Origin: an uncultured Anaerolineales bacterium
Lineage (GTDB): Bacteria; Chloroflexota; Anaerolineae; UBA7937; B3-Chlor
Direction: 5' to 3'
DNA length: 64,000 nucleotides
Assembly: GCA_964433755.1 (NCBI GenBank)
Contig: CAYSSR010000002.1
Span: 278,351 to 342,350 of the forward strand
Below the pieces are notes generated by a model that was not told where the DNA came from, did no database searches, and saw only the letters and a list, made by a program, of their open reading frames with translations. This document shows positions 9,531-20,368 of this stretch, in pieces (the stretch's first letter is position 1; the number at the start of each line of letters is the position of its first letter). Made by a program: the position numbers and the translations under genes.

Positions 9531-10625
9531 CTAGGCGGCATCGTGCACCCAGCCTTCGCTCAATTCCCTCAAAGTCGTGGCTGCATCCTCCGCCGAGTCT
9601 ACGATTACTTGGAGGGCCAACCCTCGGGGCGACAGTGACTCCTTCATCTCGTCCAGTTCCCCGGAAGTGAACTCCCCCCAAACCAGCAGAGGTTTGTGTT
9701 CCTGGATTCTTCTGAGAACAGGTATGAGTTCCCCTAGCGCCGGCCCGCTGGCATCGTAGTTCACCTCCACTACGGCTAGGTGCTTCTCGGCCAGAAGGTG
9801 ATCGAGAGGATACATGCACGGTGAGTGTAGGTGAAAACCAGCATACTCGAACGAGCTCGCGATCTGCCTCTCCCCATCCTCCAGAAACCGACTGTACAGT
9901 TCAGGAGACCAGGACGCCACCGAGTCTTCCTGAGACCAACCAGCAGAGCCAGGAGTCCACAATTGATACAGGCCCAGTGCACATCCTCCGTGGAACTCAG
10001 GGATGCGCTCCAACTGAGCCTTGGCTACATCGACCCAGATCTGGGTGCATCTGTCCATGAAGCGCCGAACCTGCTCAGGGTGGTCATAGAGGTCATAGAT
10101 CGCCTGAGAGTGGCCTCGTGCGGCCGACAGGAGATCAGCAAGGCCTCTCATCAGGGTGACCCCCACGGGATAGCGCCCTCGTGAGGCCGACGCCAACGAC
10201 TCCGTGAACTCGAGCAGCTTCACGAACCATGGGTTGTCCTCGGTCAGATTGATCTCTTCCAGCTTGGCCCAGTCATCGAGAAAGGGCTCAGACCAGATAG
10301 TCCCCTCTGAGCACCTCACCTCGCAACCCAGGATGGCCTCCATCCAGCACATGCCCCAAAAAGGTATGGCCACCCAGGGCACATCTCCGCCGGCCCTGGC
10401 GTGCAACTCGAAGAGCCGGTCGTAATCCGGCAAGAAACGCTCGACATCGACCATCTCCGGTGTCAGGCGTCCCGCCGAAAGTTGCTGTACCCCGGAGGAA
10501 TAGCTATCGAACGGTATTTGCGTGCCGACCCAGATGGAAACGAGAGGGCGGTCCACCTCGTCGCGGTTCCAGAAGCGCAGACTCCGCGATCTCATCGAGT
10601 CCAGGTCGAAGTCCGGTGTCAACAC
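9531..10625 (-). CDS. Second URO-D-like (methyltransferase-fold) protein
   Basis: 364 aa with a weak URO-D-like central motif (AIPFWGMCWMEAILGCEV). It is adjacent to the paralogous methyltransferase. Confidence 0.4.
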   Translation of the reverse strand: MLTPDFDLDSMRSRSLRFWNRDEVDRPLVSIWVGTQIPFDSYSSGVQQLSAGRLTPEMVDVERFLPDYDRLFELHARAGGDVPWVAIPFWGMCWMEAILGCEVRCSEGTIWSEPFLDDWAKLEEINLTEDNPWFVKLLEFTESLASASRGRYPVGVTLMRGLADLLSAARGHSQAIYDLYDHPEQVRRFMDRCTQIWVDVAKAQLERIPEFHGGCALGLYQLWTPGSAGWSQEDSVASWSPELYSRFLEDGERQIASSFEYAGFHLHSPCMYPLDHLLAEKHLAVVEVNYDASGPALGELIPVLRRIQEHKPLLVWGEFTSGELDEMKESLSPRGLALQVIVDSAEDAATTLRELSEGWVHDAA

Positions 10626-10631
10626 TGCCTC

Positions 10632-12191
10632 CTACGTCTCGTTGCTGGGGGCCGCGCCCTGCAATGCGCTCCGCATGATATCCTCAGATAGGGCCTCTGT
10701 CCAGGGGTACTCACCCACGATTCGACCTTCCTTCATCACCAGCAAACGGTCGGAGAGAGCCAGCAGTTCCGGAAGCTCCGAGGAAATCAGAATAATACCC
10801 ATCCCTTGAGCGGCCAGGTCCGATATGATGTCATGTATCTCTGCCTTCGCCCCCACATCAATGCCCTGGGTCGGTTCATCGAGAATCAGTACCTTGGGGC
10901 GCATGGCTAGCCAGCGAGACATGACCACCTTCTGCTGGTTTCCTCCACTCAGGTTTGCGACCGTCTGTTCAATGCTTGGAGTCTGAACGTGCAGGCGGTC
11001 CACGTACTCGGAGACCAAGGATCGTTCCTTGTCCCGGCTGAGGAAGCCAAGGCGGGCCAGATCCCGCAAAATGGCCATACTCACGTTCTCCCGCACCGAC
11101 ATGCTCAGAAACAACCCCTGGAGCTTCTTGTCTTCGGGTACGAATCCAATGCGCCGTCGCACCGCATCCCTGGGTGAGGAGATGTCAGTCCGTTCTCCTT
11201 CAACGTACACCTCTCCCCCGCTTGCCCGCAGTGCCCCAAAGAGCGTCATTGCCATGGCGGTCCGCCCTGCTCCCACAAGCCCAGCAAAACCAAGGATCTC
11301 GCCCGCGTGTAGGGTGAAACTCACGCCATTCACTTCGTTGTCGTGCTCCAGCCCTCTCACCTCCAGGATCGGCTCACCGCTCACCGGAGCCCGCTCACGG
11401 GGCTGGACTCGCATCTCCCTACCTACCATCATCTGGATAACCGAATCAACGCTCGTAGCCTCGGTGTCAACCGTGGCAATCCGTCTGCCATCACGAAGGA
11501 CGGTTATCTTGTCACAGATATGAAACACCTCGCTGAGTCGATGCGAAACGAATACTACTGCTATCCCCTCCCCTCTCAGCCGTTCGATAGTCTTGAACAA
11601 CCGGTCAGTCTCCATCGAGGCCAGGGAGGAATTGGGCTCGTCCATCATCACCAGTCGCGCCTTGTACGAGAGTGCTTTGGCGATCTCCACCAATTGCTGC
11701 TCGGACGCCGTCAAGCGCTCGACGCTCTGTCGAACGTCCATCTCGACGCCTAGTGAAGCAAGCAGTCTGTGGGCTTCGTCATCCACCTGTTCCTGCCTGA
11801 TGAAGCCCAGACTACCCGATGGCATATGTCCCAGGAAGATGTTGTCCGCGACGCTCAGGTTGGGGGCAAGGGCCGCCTCTTGATGAACCACCGCTATTCC
11901 CAGCCGGGCCGCCTCATGTGGGTTCCGAAGATCGACGTCCTGTCCACCGTAGTAGATGTGACCAGCGTCGCGCCTGTGCGCCCCACTCAGCACGTGCACC
12001 AGAGTGGTCTTGCCAGCACCGTTCTCTCCAACAAGACCATGCACCTCTCCTTCGTACACTTCGAAGGAGACCTCGTTGAGCGCCTGAACCCCTGGGAAGC
12101 CCTTGCTGATGTTCTCGGCTCTAAGCAACACCCCGTCCGTCACTTCGGCCCTTGCCCCCTTCCTAGGCTCACATTGAGTCCGGCAGAACAC
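10632..12191 (-). CDS. Sugar ABC transporter ATP-binding protein with two fused ATPase domains (CUT2/RbsA-type)
   Basis: Two Walker A boxes (GENGAGKTT, GLVGAGRT) and two LSGG signatures. The N-terminal start is uncertain. Confidence 0.9.
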   Translation of the reverse strand: MFCRTQCEPRKGARAEVTDGVLLRAENISKGFPGVQALNEVSFEVYEGEVHGLVGENGAGKTTLVHVLSGAHRRDAGHIYYGGQDVDLRNPHEAARLGIAVVHQEAALAPNLSVADNIFLGHMPSGSLGFIRQEQVDDEAHRLLASLGVEMDVRQSVERLTASEQQLVEIAKALSYKARLVMMDEPNSSLASMETDRLFKTIERLRGEGIAVVFVSHRLSEVFHICDKITVLRDGRRIATVDTEATSVDSVIQMMVGREMRVQPRERAPVSGEPILEVRGLEHDNEVNGVSFTLHAGEILGFAGLVGAGRTAMAMTLFGALRASGGEVYVEGERTDISSPRDAVRRRIGFVPEDKKLQGLFLSMSVRENVSMAILRDLARLGFLSRDKERSLVSEYVDRLHVQTPSIEQTVANLSGGNQQKVVMSRWLAMRPKVLILDEPTQGIDVGAKAEIHDIISDLAAQGMGIILISSELPELLALSDRLLVMKEGRIVGEYPWTEALSEDIMRSALQGAAPSNET

Positions 12192-12194
12192 CCC

Positions 12195-13367
12195 CTAGTC
12201 GGGTGTCCAGGTGGTCTCACCCCTGCCGGCCACCTCGTCCACGTTATCTGCGTTGGCGATCTCAGACCTTACCGGGAAGAACCCATGCTCCAACGGCTCC
12301 TCGCCCGTGGCGGTGTTGACCGTCGGTACTTCACCCGTGACCAGATAGTTGTAGAGCATGATGGTGGCGTCATGGCCCTGACCCCACAGGTCCTGACCGA
12401 TGGTAGCTCGTATGGCGCCCTCGCGGATCAGGTCTACCGTCTCCGCCACGAAGTCGAAACACAGCACCGTGATCTGGTCACTGAGGCCTTCTTCCAAGAC
12501 GGCTTGCCCAGCCCCGAAAGGACCCCCAGCCGTGACGTAGATACCGGCCAGATCCGGATTGGCCGTGATCATGTCTTTCGCCAGTGTGTATGCTGTGTCG
12601 CCCTTGTCCTCGTTCTCATATCGGCCAACGATCTCGACGTTGGGGCAGTTCTCAGCCAGAGCATCCTCGAACCCCATGCGCCTCAGCTCATGCGAGGTGA
12701 CACCGAAATACCCGGTGATGATGCCCACCTTGCCCTCGCCTCCGATCTCCTGGCACATCATCTCGCCCAGTTGCGCCCCGGCACCGTAAAGGTCCTGAGC
12801 CAGATAGAAGACACGTCCTGTCTCCCAGGTGGTCTCTCCCTCCGTCAGGTAGGTGGCCACTGTGACACCTGAGTCCATGGCGTCCTTGATGATCGGGTTG
12901 ACACCATCGTTAAGTGCCAACAGCAGCGCACCGTCGTACCCCTTGGCGATGACCGTCTCCATCGCCGAGATCATGGAATCGGTATCCAGCACCTCTGCCA
13001 CGGTGATGCAGTCCACATCGGCCACATCTGCCAGCTCGGCCTTGGCGGACTCGCAGCCCGAGAAGGTCACCGCGATAGCCGGGTTCGTGATATACCCCAG
13101 GAAGGCGATCTGGAACCGCTCGGGAGGCGCTTCATCTACCGGCTCTGGACGCGGAACTTGATACACAGGGGGCAGCTCCACCGTCGGCGCCGGCGTGGGG
13201 CTTGCCTCCTCTACGACCGACTCCTGCGTAGGCTCAGTCGCCGCTCCCGTGGTCTCCTCTGGCTCGGCCGCCGGGGTTGCCCCCGTCCCGCAACCGCCCA
13301 GCGCTCCTGCCAGTAGCGCCACAATCGCGAACCAACACAGTATGCGCACTCCTAACTTCGTCGACAT
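12195..13367 (-). CDS. ABC transporter periplasmic sugar-binding lipoprotein (type I PBP, RbsB-like) with long Pro/Glu-rich linker
   Basis: Lipobox LLAGALGGC, followed by a low-complexity linker and a PBP1 fold. Confidence 0.8.
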   Translation of the reverse strand: MSTKLGVRILCWFAIVALLAGALGGCGTGATPAAEPEETTGAATEPTQESVVEEASPTPAPTVELPPVYQVPRPEPVDEAPPERFQIAFLGYITNPAIAVTFSGCESAKAELADVADVDCITVAEVLDTDSMISAMETVIAKGYDGALLLALNDGVNPIIKDAMDSGVTVATYLTEGETTWETGRVFYLAQDLYGAGAQLGEMMCQEIGGEGKVGIITGYFGVTSHELRRMGFEDALAENCPNVEIVGRYENEDKGDTAYTLAKDMITANPDLAGIYVTAGGPFGAGQAVLEEGLSDQITVLCFDFVAETVDLIREGAIRATIGQDLWGQGHDATIMLYNYLVTGEVPTVNTATGEEPLEHGFFPVRSEIANADNVDEVAGRGETTWTPD

Positions 13368-13591
13368 CTTGATTCCCTCCTTGACATGGCTTGTTGGAGA
13401 CCCTCAGCCTCCATCTAGAAACTGTCGCTCCTCACCCACTTGCCCTTCACATGACCGCATGCCCTCCTCATCAGTCATACTCCCCGCCGTGCCCTCACAG
13501 ATCGGGGCACAAACATCCGCTGCCAAGAACCGACCCGTGGCCCACCGATCACCGATGCACTTCCCACATTCGGTTGTCGTGACGGCGCAGA

Positions 13592-14587
13592 TCAACGCCG
13601 TCTGAGTTGATCGATGGCCACAGCAAGTATGATGACGACGCCTATCGTGACCACCTGCCAGAAGGTCGAAACCCCCAGCAGAACGAACCCATTGCGCAGC
13701 ACGCCCATCAGCCCAGCGCCCAGAATCGACCCCAGGATGGTCCCCGCTCCACCACTCAGGCTAGCGCCCCCGATTACTGCTGCGGCAATCACGTCCAACT
13801 CGAACCCCTCACCCATGACTGGATCGGCCATCGAGAGGTTGCCGGACAACATGATGCCTCCGATGGCCGCACAGAGACCCTGCGCGACGAAAGCCAGCCT
13901 CTTGATGCGCTCGACACCGATGCCCGATAGCCTGGCCGCGCGGGGATTGCTGCCCACGGCGTAGATCTGTCGACCTAGCACCGTACGGGACAGGAATATG
14001 TGGGCAACCACAGCCAAGCACAGCAGCAGTATGCCTGGGATTGGCACCGGACCAATGTAACCACGGCCTAGAAAGGCCAGCGTCTCAGGCATCGACAGGG
14101 GGAGCCCTCCGGTAAGGAGAAGTGCGAAGCCCCTGGCGACGCTCAGCGTGCCCAGAGTGGTTATCAGAGAGTTTACTCGCAGCTTGGTCACTATGAGCCC
14201 ATTCACCACCCCCATCACGGCCCCGATGGCCAGTGCCCCGAGTAGTGAAGGCCAGGGCGGCACCCCGTGACGCATCAACGTGGCCATAGCCGCGGCGCTA
14301 AGCCCCAGCACCTGCCCAACAGACAGGTCTACCTCACCGGACGCCATGAGGATCGTACAGCCGACCGTCATCACGCCCACGACCGATATCTGACGCACTA
14401 CGTTGAAGATGTTGCGCGTCGTGAAGAAGTATGGGCTGAGGAGACCCAGCAGAAGGCATACTACGACGAAGGCGGAGAGGACCCCGATCTCCTTCATCTG
14501 GAGCAGGCCACCAAGCCTCGTCACCAGCCTCTGTGGACCCGTCCCCCTGCCCTCCGTGGCACGACTGTCTTCAGGTCGGTCAGACAC
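13592..14587 (-). CDS. ABC transporter permease (RbsC/branched-chain sugar type)
   Basis: Polytopic membrane protein with the typical CUT2 permease length and pattern. Confidence 0.85.
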   Translation of the reverse strand: MSDRPEDSRATEGRGTGPQRLVTRLGGLLQMKEIGVLSAFVVVCLLLGLLSPYFFTTRNIFNVVRQISVVGVMTVGCTILMASGEVDLSVGQVLGLSAAAMATLMRHGVPPWPSLLGALAIGAVMGVVNGLIVTKLRVNSLITTLGTLSVARGFALLLTGGLPLSMPETLAFLGRGYIGPVPIPGILLLCLAVVAHIFLSRTVLGRQIYAVGSNPRAARLSGIGVERIKRLAFVAQGLCAAIGGIMLSGNLSMADPVMGEGFELDVIAAAVIGGASLSGGAGTILGSILGAGLMGVLRNGFVLLGVSTFWQVVTIGVVIILAVAIDQLRRR

Positions 14588-14634
14588 GTCTCCCCTCCCC
14601 GCTACCGCGATTCAAAGTGTGCAAGCACCAGCAA

Positions 14635-15732
14635 TCAGTTGCCAGGGCTTCTAACGACAGTACCATCTGGCCGGATCTCTCTCACGCGTTCACGCCCGGT
14701 GTACACCAGTGCCTTCAATGCGACCTTCTGAGATGCACCTGGACCGAGCTTCAGCGACGAACCTCGCTCCACGGCGTCAGCGATCCCGTCGCCTGGGTAG
14801 CCGGTCCACGGCTCCAGCGCCATGTTGTACGTCCGTCCATACCATGGATAACCATAGGATCCCCTACACACCTGCCACATCCAGACGCTGGTGAAAACCT
14901 CCTTGGGCCACACCAGGCCAAAGCCCACCTCTTTCTCCGTGTTGGTGATCCCGTACCAACCTTGCTCCAAGTCGGTCAGGAATAAGACATCAGCCGTCTT
15001 GTTGGCAGGCGATGGCACCTTACTCAGGTCCACTTCTCCGCCTTTGCGGGCGGGCGCCAAAGGCCACGCAAAACTAATGCCCGTATCCACCCGCTGGCTG
15101 GGGAAGTACTCCGCTTCCCCAGTGAGGCCCGTCCTCGCCGGTACGTCAATGACGCAGTGCTCGTCGAGGAAGTTGGCTCCCAGGGCAGGATGGTGACCCC
15201 ACATCAACTCCATCTCTTCCTCAGCCTCGTTGACCAGCGTCTCTTCGATCTCAAGGACAGGCGCTTCTGCCGAGAGTGACAGAGTCTTCTCGAGGTAGAA
15301 AGGGGATCGATAGGTACGAACCCAGAACTTGACACTCACTCTCTCCGGGGAATCCTCAACCACTGCGAAGTCCCAAGGGATGGTGCTGCTCTCGCCATGC
15401 AGGCCGAACTCGGCACCCTTGTAGGTGGACGAAGGGCCCCCGCTTGGCATGATCTCCTGCCACCCTCCCTCGTAGAAGTCGTACCAGAAACCCAGCGAAC
15501 CGCTTGAAGAGGGAACTGTCGTGGCAGGGTTCCGCAAGCCCATGGGCGATCGCCACATGAAGTCGATGTCCAAAGGTTTGTAGAGGAACTCGTAGATGTC
15601 AGTACCTTTGTCGGCAAGCACGGTAACCCTCAGACACGGGTTCTCGAGAACGACAGTACGCATTCCCAACAGCGTGCCCTGGGTGACCAATCGACAGCCG
15701 TAATTCCTACTTGGCAACATCGTGTTCGCCAT
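14635..15732 (-). CDS. Aldose-1-epimerase-like (galactose-mutarotase fold) protein
   Basis: 365 aa, rich in beta strands, with a mutarotase-like pattern. Assignment is weak. Confidence 0.35.
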   Translation of the reverse strand: MANTMLPSRNYGCRLVTQGTLLGMRTVVLENPCLRVTVLADKGTDIYEFLYKPLDIDFMWRSPMGLRNPATTVPSSSGSLGFWYDFYEGGWQEIMPSGGPSSTYKGAEFGLHGESSTIPWDFAVVEDSPERVSVKFWVRTYRSPFYLEKTLSLSAEAPVLEIEETLVNEAEEEMELMWGHHPALGANFLDEHCVIDVPARTGLTGEAEYFPSQRVDTGISFAWPLAPARKGGEVDLSKVPSPANKTADVLFLTDLEQGWYGITNTEKEVGFGLVWPKEVFTSVWMWQVCRGSYGYPWYGRTYNMALEPWTGYPGDGIADAVERGSSLKLGPGASQKVALKALVYTGRERVREIRPDGTVVRSPGN

Positions 15733-15839
15733 TTGCCTCCCTCACTTCACCATGCTACGGCTCGGAGAGCATCTCCCTACAGCGTTTCACGCTCCCGTGG
15801 TGCTCCCCGCACGCCCCCCGTGCTCCTCATCCACAGCAC

Positions 15840-16802
15840 CTACACGATCTGCGCGCGCGGACGCTCTGCAAGCCGCCACCCGGCTTGCACTTGACCCTCG
15901 GCCCTCATGCTGCGAAGATGCGCCGTCGTGACGCCCACGGACTGCAACGACACCCCACCGGCGCTGATCAGTTGGCTGCCTATCCCGTCAGCGATCTCGC
16001 TGATGCTGAGTGGCTCGCGGGCCTCGGAAAGGGCCTTCTCGATGAATGCCTGGGCGTCCTCCGTGTAGGCTATGCTCTCCCGAACCAGATCCTTGGCTTC
16101 CTCTCCCCGGAGAACTGGGCAGTGCGCCCCCAGCAAGTAGTCAATCTCCAGGTCGAGGAGACGCTCCAGTCCCTCCACGTAGGGGTCCAACTCGGTGTAC
16201 AGAGGCCCAACCACCGTCTCCTGACCTACCATTGGGATGCCATGCCCCTGCACCGTGTCGCCTGTGAGCACGACCTTGTGCTTGGCGTCGTAGAAACTCA
16301 CGTGGCCTGGGCTGTGGCCTGGAGTCGGCACCACCTCCAGAGTGTGCTCACGACCCAACTTGATCCTATCCCCGTTACGAAAGACCTCATCCACTTTGGT
16401 GTCGGGGCCACAGTAGATGTTCATGATGGCGTCCTTTGTGGCCGCATCGAAGGTCAGGTCTCCTGGGAACCCTTCCCACAGCTCCCGCCAGTGCAGTTCG
16501 TGATCCTCGACCCAGGCCGCATCTGCTAGCGGTGCGAGGATCCGCGCACCGGACGCCTCCTTCACCTCATGATTGCCTCCGAAGTGATCTGGATGTCCGT
16601 GCGTGTGAAGAATCATGGTGATATCGGACGGCTTGAGCCCTATGGACGCCAGATATGGCTCCACAACACTGGAGAGCATGCCAGGCACGCCCGTATCCAC
16701 CAAGGCGATCTCGTCGTCCTTGATGAGGTACAGGTACAACGGTATGCCAGCCAACTCCGGGTAATTCGTCTCAATCCGATGAATGCCTCTCACCACTTGC
16801 AT
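15840..16802 (-). CDS. MBL-fold metallo-hydrolase
   Basis: HTHGHPDHFGG (HxHxDH) motif. The start was moved to MQVVRGIHRIE to avoid an overlap with the upstream SDR gene. Confidence 0.8.
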   Translation of the reverse strand: MQVVRGIHRIETNYPELAGIPLYLYLIKDDEIALVDTGVPGMLSSVVEPYLASIGLKPSDITMILHTHGHPDHFGGNHEVKEASGARILAPLADAAWVEDHELHWRELWEGFPGDLTFDAATKDAIMNIYCGPDTKVDEVFRNGDRIKLGREHTLEVVPTPGHSPGHVSFYDAKHKVVLTGDTVQGHGIPMVGQETVVGPLYTELDPYVEGLERLLDLEIDYLLGAHCPVLRGEEAKDLVRESIAYTEDAQAFIEKALSEAREPLSISEIADGIGSQLISAGGVSLQSVGVTTAHLRSMRAEGQVQAGWRLAERPRAQIV

Positions 16803-16822
16803 AGCGTCATCCTCCTTGGTGG

Positions 16823-17569
16823 CTAGTGCATTATCCAACCACCGTCGATCTCGATGGTCTGCCCGGTGATGAAATCGCTCTCGTCGCTGGCCAGGAAGCA
16901 TACCAGGTTGCCGATGTCATCGGGCGTGCCCCTACGCTTGATGCACTGTTTCTCGATCACACTCAGGCTGTATGCTTCGGGGTCAGGAAGTGTCTGTTCT
17001 GCGTCCGTGGGGAATGCTCCTGGAGAGATGGCATTCACGTTGATGTTGTCAGGTCCCAGTTCGCGTGCCAAAGTCCGCGTGAAACCCACAACCGCCCCCT
17101 TGGTCGATGCGTAGTGCAAGAAGTTCTCGAAACCCAAGAAGAACGTGATCGAGGCCAGATTCACGATCTTCCCCTTGCCCACCGCCTTCATGTGTGGGGC
17201 GACGGCCTTCGCGCACAGGAAATAGCCCCTGATGTTGACGGCGAAGACTTTGTCCCACTCCTCCCTGCTTATTTCGTCCCAGGGGCGGTAGGGATAGATG
17301 GCGGCGTTATTGACCAGGACGTCGATCCGCCCGAACTCCTCGACCGTCTTGGCAACCATTTGCGCTATGCTCTCTTCGCTGGAGACGTCAGTTTGCACGT
17401 ACAAGCATCTCGGGCCGGCTTTGGAGGCCTTCTCCGCTGCTGTGCGCCCGTACTCCTCGATCTCCGCGATGACCACGTTCGCACCGACCTTCGCCAACCC
17501 TATGGCCTCTGCCTCGCCTAATCCGCGACCGCCTCCGGTCACGATGGCAACCCTTCCCTCGAGTTTCAT
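16823..17569 (-). CDS. SDR family oxidoreductase
   Basis: TGGGRGLG Rossmann motif, NNAA, and a YxxxK region. Confidence 0.85.
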   Translation of the reverse strand: MKLEGRVAIVTGGGRGLGEAEAIGLAKVGANVVIAEIEEYGRTAAEKASKAGPRCLYVQTDVSSEESIAQMVAKTVEEFGRIDVLVNNAAIYPYRPWDEISREEWDKVFAVNIRGYFLCAKAVAPHMKAVGKGKIVNLASITFFLGFENFLHYASTKGAVVGFTRTLARELGPDNINVNAISPGAFPTDAEQTLPDPEAYSLSVIEKQCIKRRGTPDDIGNLVCFLASDESDFITGQTIEIDGGWIMH

Positions 17570-17627
17570 CGCCTATGTCCTTTCCTTGATAGATGCCACT
17601 GACGAATGCTACTGTCCCTGCGCCCGT

Positions 17628-18584
17628 CTACAAATCCCACACCTTGGGATTCGCCACGCACTCGACCCTCTCGCCTCGCAGCACCGCCAACACCGCCTCG
17701 ACCACCTGGACGGACATTCTCTCCAGAGCCTCCCCTGTGCTGGAAGCTATGTGAGGCGACAGGATGATCTTCTCGGACGTCAGTAGCGGTGAGTTCGCGG
17801 CAGGCGGCTCCTCAGAGAACACGTCGAGGGCCGCCCCGGCCAACTTCCCAGTGCGTACTGCGTCGGCCAACGAGGACTCATCCACCACGGCTCCTCTCGA
17901 GGTGTTGACCAGGTACGCAGTCGGCTTCATCATCGCCAGGTGTGCCGGGCCAATCATCCCTCTCGTCTCCTCCGTCAACAGCGCATTGACACTCACGAAG
18001 TCCGAGGCGACGACCAGCGACTCCAGGTCTGCGACGATCTCCACCCCATCAGAGCCAGGTGACTCGGGCACGTAGGGATCATAGGCAAGAACCGACATCC
18101 CCAGGCCCTTCCCGCAGATGTCAGCCACCCGTCGACCCACTCTCCCCAAACCAACAATCCCCAGGGTCTTCTCCCGCAACTCAGTACCGGTCAGTTCGCC
18201 CCGGCGACTAAACTGCCCGTCCCTGACGTACCTGTCGGCCAGGTGAAGGTTCCGCGCAACCGCCAGCATGAGGGCCACCACATACTCCGCAACCGAGTCA
18301 GCATTGGCATCGGGAGTATAGACGACGGGTATCCCCCGCTGAGTGGCACAATCCAAGTCGACGTTGTCGACCCCAGTACCGTGGCGCCCGATCACTTTGA
18401 GCCTTGGGGCACTCTGCATCAACTGCTGACCCACGGGGAAGAGTCGTACGATGATTCCATCCACATCTCCAATGAGAGAATCGGCCGTCTGCCCTGCCGC
18501 CGGACTGACAACCTCCGTCTCTGAGCGAAGCAGTTCCAGCCCTCGTGGATGAATCTGTTCAGTGACAAGCATTCTCAGGGTCAT
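17628..18584 (-). CDS. D-isomer-specific 2-hydroxyacid dehydrogenase (PGDH/GyaR-like)
   Basis: GIVGLGRVGRRVA NAD-binding motif and 2-Hacid_dh catalytic domain pattern. Confidence 0.85.
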   Translation of the reverse strand: MTLRMLVTEQIHPRGLELLRSETEVVSPAAGQTADSLIGDVDGIIVRLFPVGQQLMQSAPRLKVIGRHGTGVDNVDLDCATQRGIPVVYTPDANADSVAEYVVALMLAVARNLHLADRYVRDGQFSRRGELTGTELREKTLGIVGLGRVGRRVADICGKGLGMSVLAYDPYVPESPGSDGVEIVADLESLVVASDFVSVNALLTEETRGMIGPAHLAMMKPTAYLVNTSRGAVVDESSLADAVRTGKLAGAALDVFSEEPPAANSPLLTSEKIILSPHIASSTGEALERMSVQVVEAVLAVLRGERVECVANPKVWDL

Positions 18585-18610
18585 GTGCTGGATACCTATG
18601 ACGTCGTCTC

Positions 18611-19372
18611 TCAGGCTCTCACGCCTTGCAGAAACGCCCTGGACGCACTCCCGAGGAGGCCCTCCGTACCTATGACCAGGTACCGGTAACCTTCCTCCAC
18701 GCGCGCCTTGGCCGAGTCGACGTCACGAACAATGGTCCCCAGCACTCGCCCTCGGTCTCTGATCTCCTGTGCCGCGGCTGCGACTGCCTCTTGAACTCTT
18801 GGATCACCGGTTTGTCCGGGTATGCCGAGCGAGTTGGAAAGGTCCACCGGACCCATGTAGAGGACATCGAGACCCTGCACTTCCAGGATCTCGCCTATGT
18901 TTCTCACTCCCACTATGTTCTCAATGTGAGCAACCACCATGCTCTCCGCGTTGGCGACCCTCACGTAGTCGCTTAGCGGCTCGAGTTGCCCGTAGCCAGA
19001 GGCCCGCACTCCGGCCAGGCCCCGCTGGCCCTCGGGCTGATACTTGACTCCACTCACCGCCGCTACCGCGTCTTCCTTCGTGTTGACGTCTGGCACGTGT
19101 ACTCCTATGGCGCCTGTATCCATGAAGCGCAGTATCGTACTCGGCACGATATTGGGAACCCGAACCAAAGCCGGAATCCCGGATACCTCGGCCGCACGGA
19201 CGAGGTGCTCGACAGTCTCTTCGCCCAGCGGACCGTGCTCCGCGTCCAGTACGACGAAGTCGAATCCGTTATATGCACATATCTCCACCAGTGCTGGGGC
19301 CGCGACGCGCACGAAGGCACCGATCACCGTCTGCCCCTGGGCCAGCTTCTCCTTCAAGGGGTTCTTTCTCAT
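18611..19372 (-). CDS. HpcH/HpaI family aldolase (2-keto-3-deoxy-acid aldolase)
   Basis: GAFVRV...FDFVVLDAEHGP pattern. The start was taken at MRKN (codon 8 of the ORF). Confidence 0.75.
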   Translation of the reverse strand: MRKNPLKEKLAQGQTVIGAFVRVAAPALVEICAYNGFDFVVLDAEHGPLGEETVEHLVRAAEVSGIPALVRVPNIVPSTILRFMDTGAIGVHVPDVNTKEDAVAAVSGVKYQPEGQRGLAGVRASGYGQLEPLSDYVRVANAESMVVAHIENIVGVRNIGEILEVQGLDVLYMGPVDLSNSLGIPGQTGDPRVQEAVAAAAQEIRDRGRVLGTIVRDVDSAKARVEEGYRYLVIGTEGLLGSASRAFLQGVRA

Positions 19373-19393
19373 TACCTCACTCCATCCAACCAA

Positions 19394-20368
19394 CTATGGG
19401 ATCACCTTTGACTGTCGCAGGCGCTGCAACTGTCGAGCTATCTCCTCATTCCTCGCCGCTTCCACCTCGGTTGGGTCTCGACGTGACCAGTCGTAGAAGC
19501 CCCTGCCCGTCTTGACGCCCAACTCGCCGCTGGCTACCGAGTCGGCCAACAGTGAATTGGGTGACTCGGAGTGCTCGAGCTCCGGTAGCAGATAGCGATG
19601 AATAGAGAGAATCAGATCAAGGCCAACAAGGTCCATATTCTCCAAGGGCCCGATGGCTGGCGAACGTAGCCCGAAGGTTAGCTTGGCCACTGTGTCGACG
19701 TCTGCCGGATCCGCTATTCCTCTCTCCACAATCGAAATCGCCTCACGCCACAGGGCGTGAAGCATCCTGTTGCCGATGAAGCCAGGCACGTCTTTGTAGA
19801 CTGTGACCGGCACTTTGTCGATCCGCCGAACGAGGTCGCTGGCCACTTGCACGGCCTGCTCGGATGTCTGTGCACCCTTCACAACCTCCACCAAGGGCAT
19901 CAGCTCTGGCGGGTTCCAGAAGTGGGTGCCCACAACGAGATCAGGCCTGCCCGTAGCACGACCAAGCTCGGTGATGCTCAGACCTGACGTCTGAGTCGCC
20001 AGGATCGTATGACGGGGGGCGGCCGCATCGACAATGGACAGCAGTTCACATTTGAGGGCTAGATCCTCCCCGACTGATTCCAGTGCGAAATCGCACTTCT
20101 CAGCGGCTCCTGCCAGGTCTGTAGAGTAGCTTATCCTGCCAGCGATACGAGCAGCATCGTCCTCAGACAGCCCTAACATCGCAGACAGAGTACCCAGGCT
20201 CTTCAACACTCTATCCGCGCCACGCTTCAGGCTGTCCTCGCTACGACCCCAGACATCGACGTGGAACCCCACCCGCGCGCAGGCGACGGCCGTCCCGGCG
20301 CCCATCACCCCTGGCCCCAGGATGAGAATCCGTTTCAGCTTGTCCAGATCTGGCGAGTCCGCCGTCAT
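19394..20368 (-). CDS. 3-hydroxyacyl-CoA dehydrogenase family protein (L-gulonate 3-dehydrogenase-like)
   Basis: ILILGPGVMGAG N-terminal NAD fold and a 3HCDH C-terminal domain. Confidence 0.75.
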   Translation of the reverse strand: MTADSPDLDKLKRILILGPGVMGAGTAVACARVGFHVDVWGRSEDSLKRGADRVLKSLGTLSAMLGLSEDDAARIAGRISYSTDLAGAAEKCDFALESVGEDLALKCELLSIVDAAAPRHTILATQTSGLSITELGRATGRPDLVVGTHFWNPPELMPLVEVVKGAQTSEQAVQVASDLVRRIDKVPVTVYKDVPGFIGNRMLHALWREAISIVERGIADPADVDTVAKLTFGLRSPAIGPLENMDLVGLDLILSIHRYLLPELEHSESPNSLLADSVASGELGVKTGRGFYDWSRRDPTEVEAARNEEIARQLQRLRQSKVIP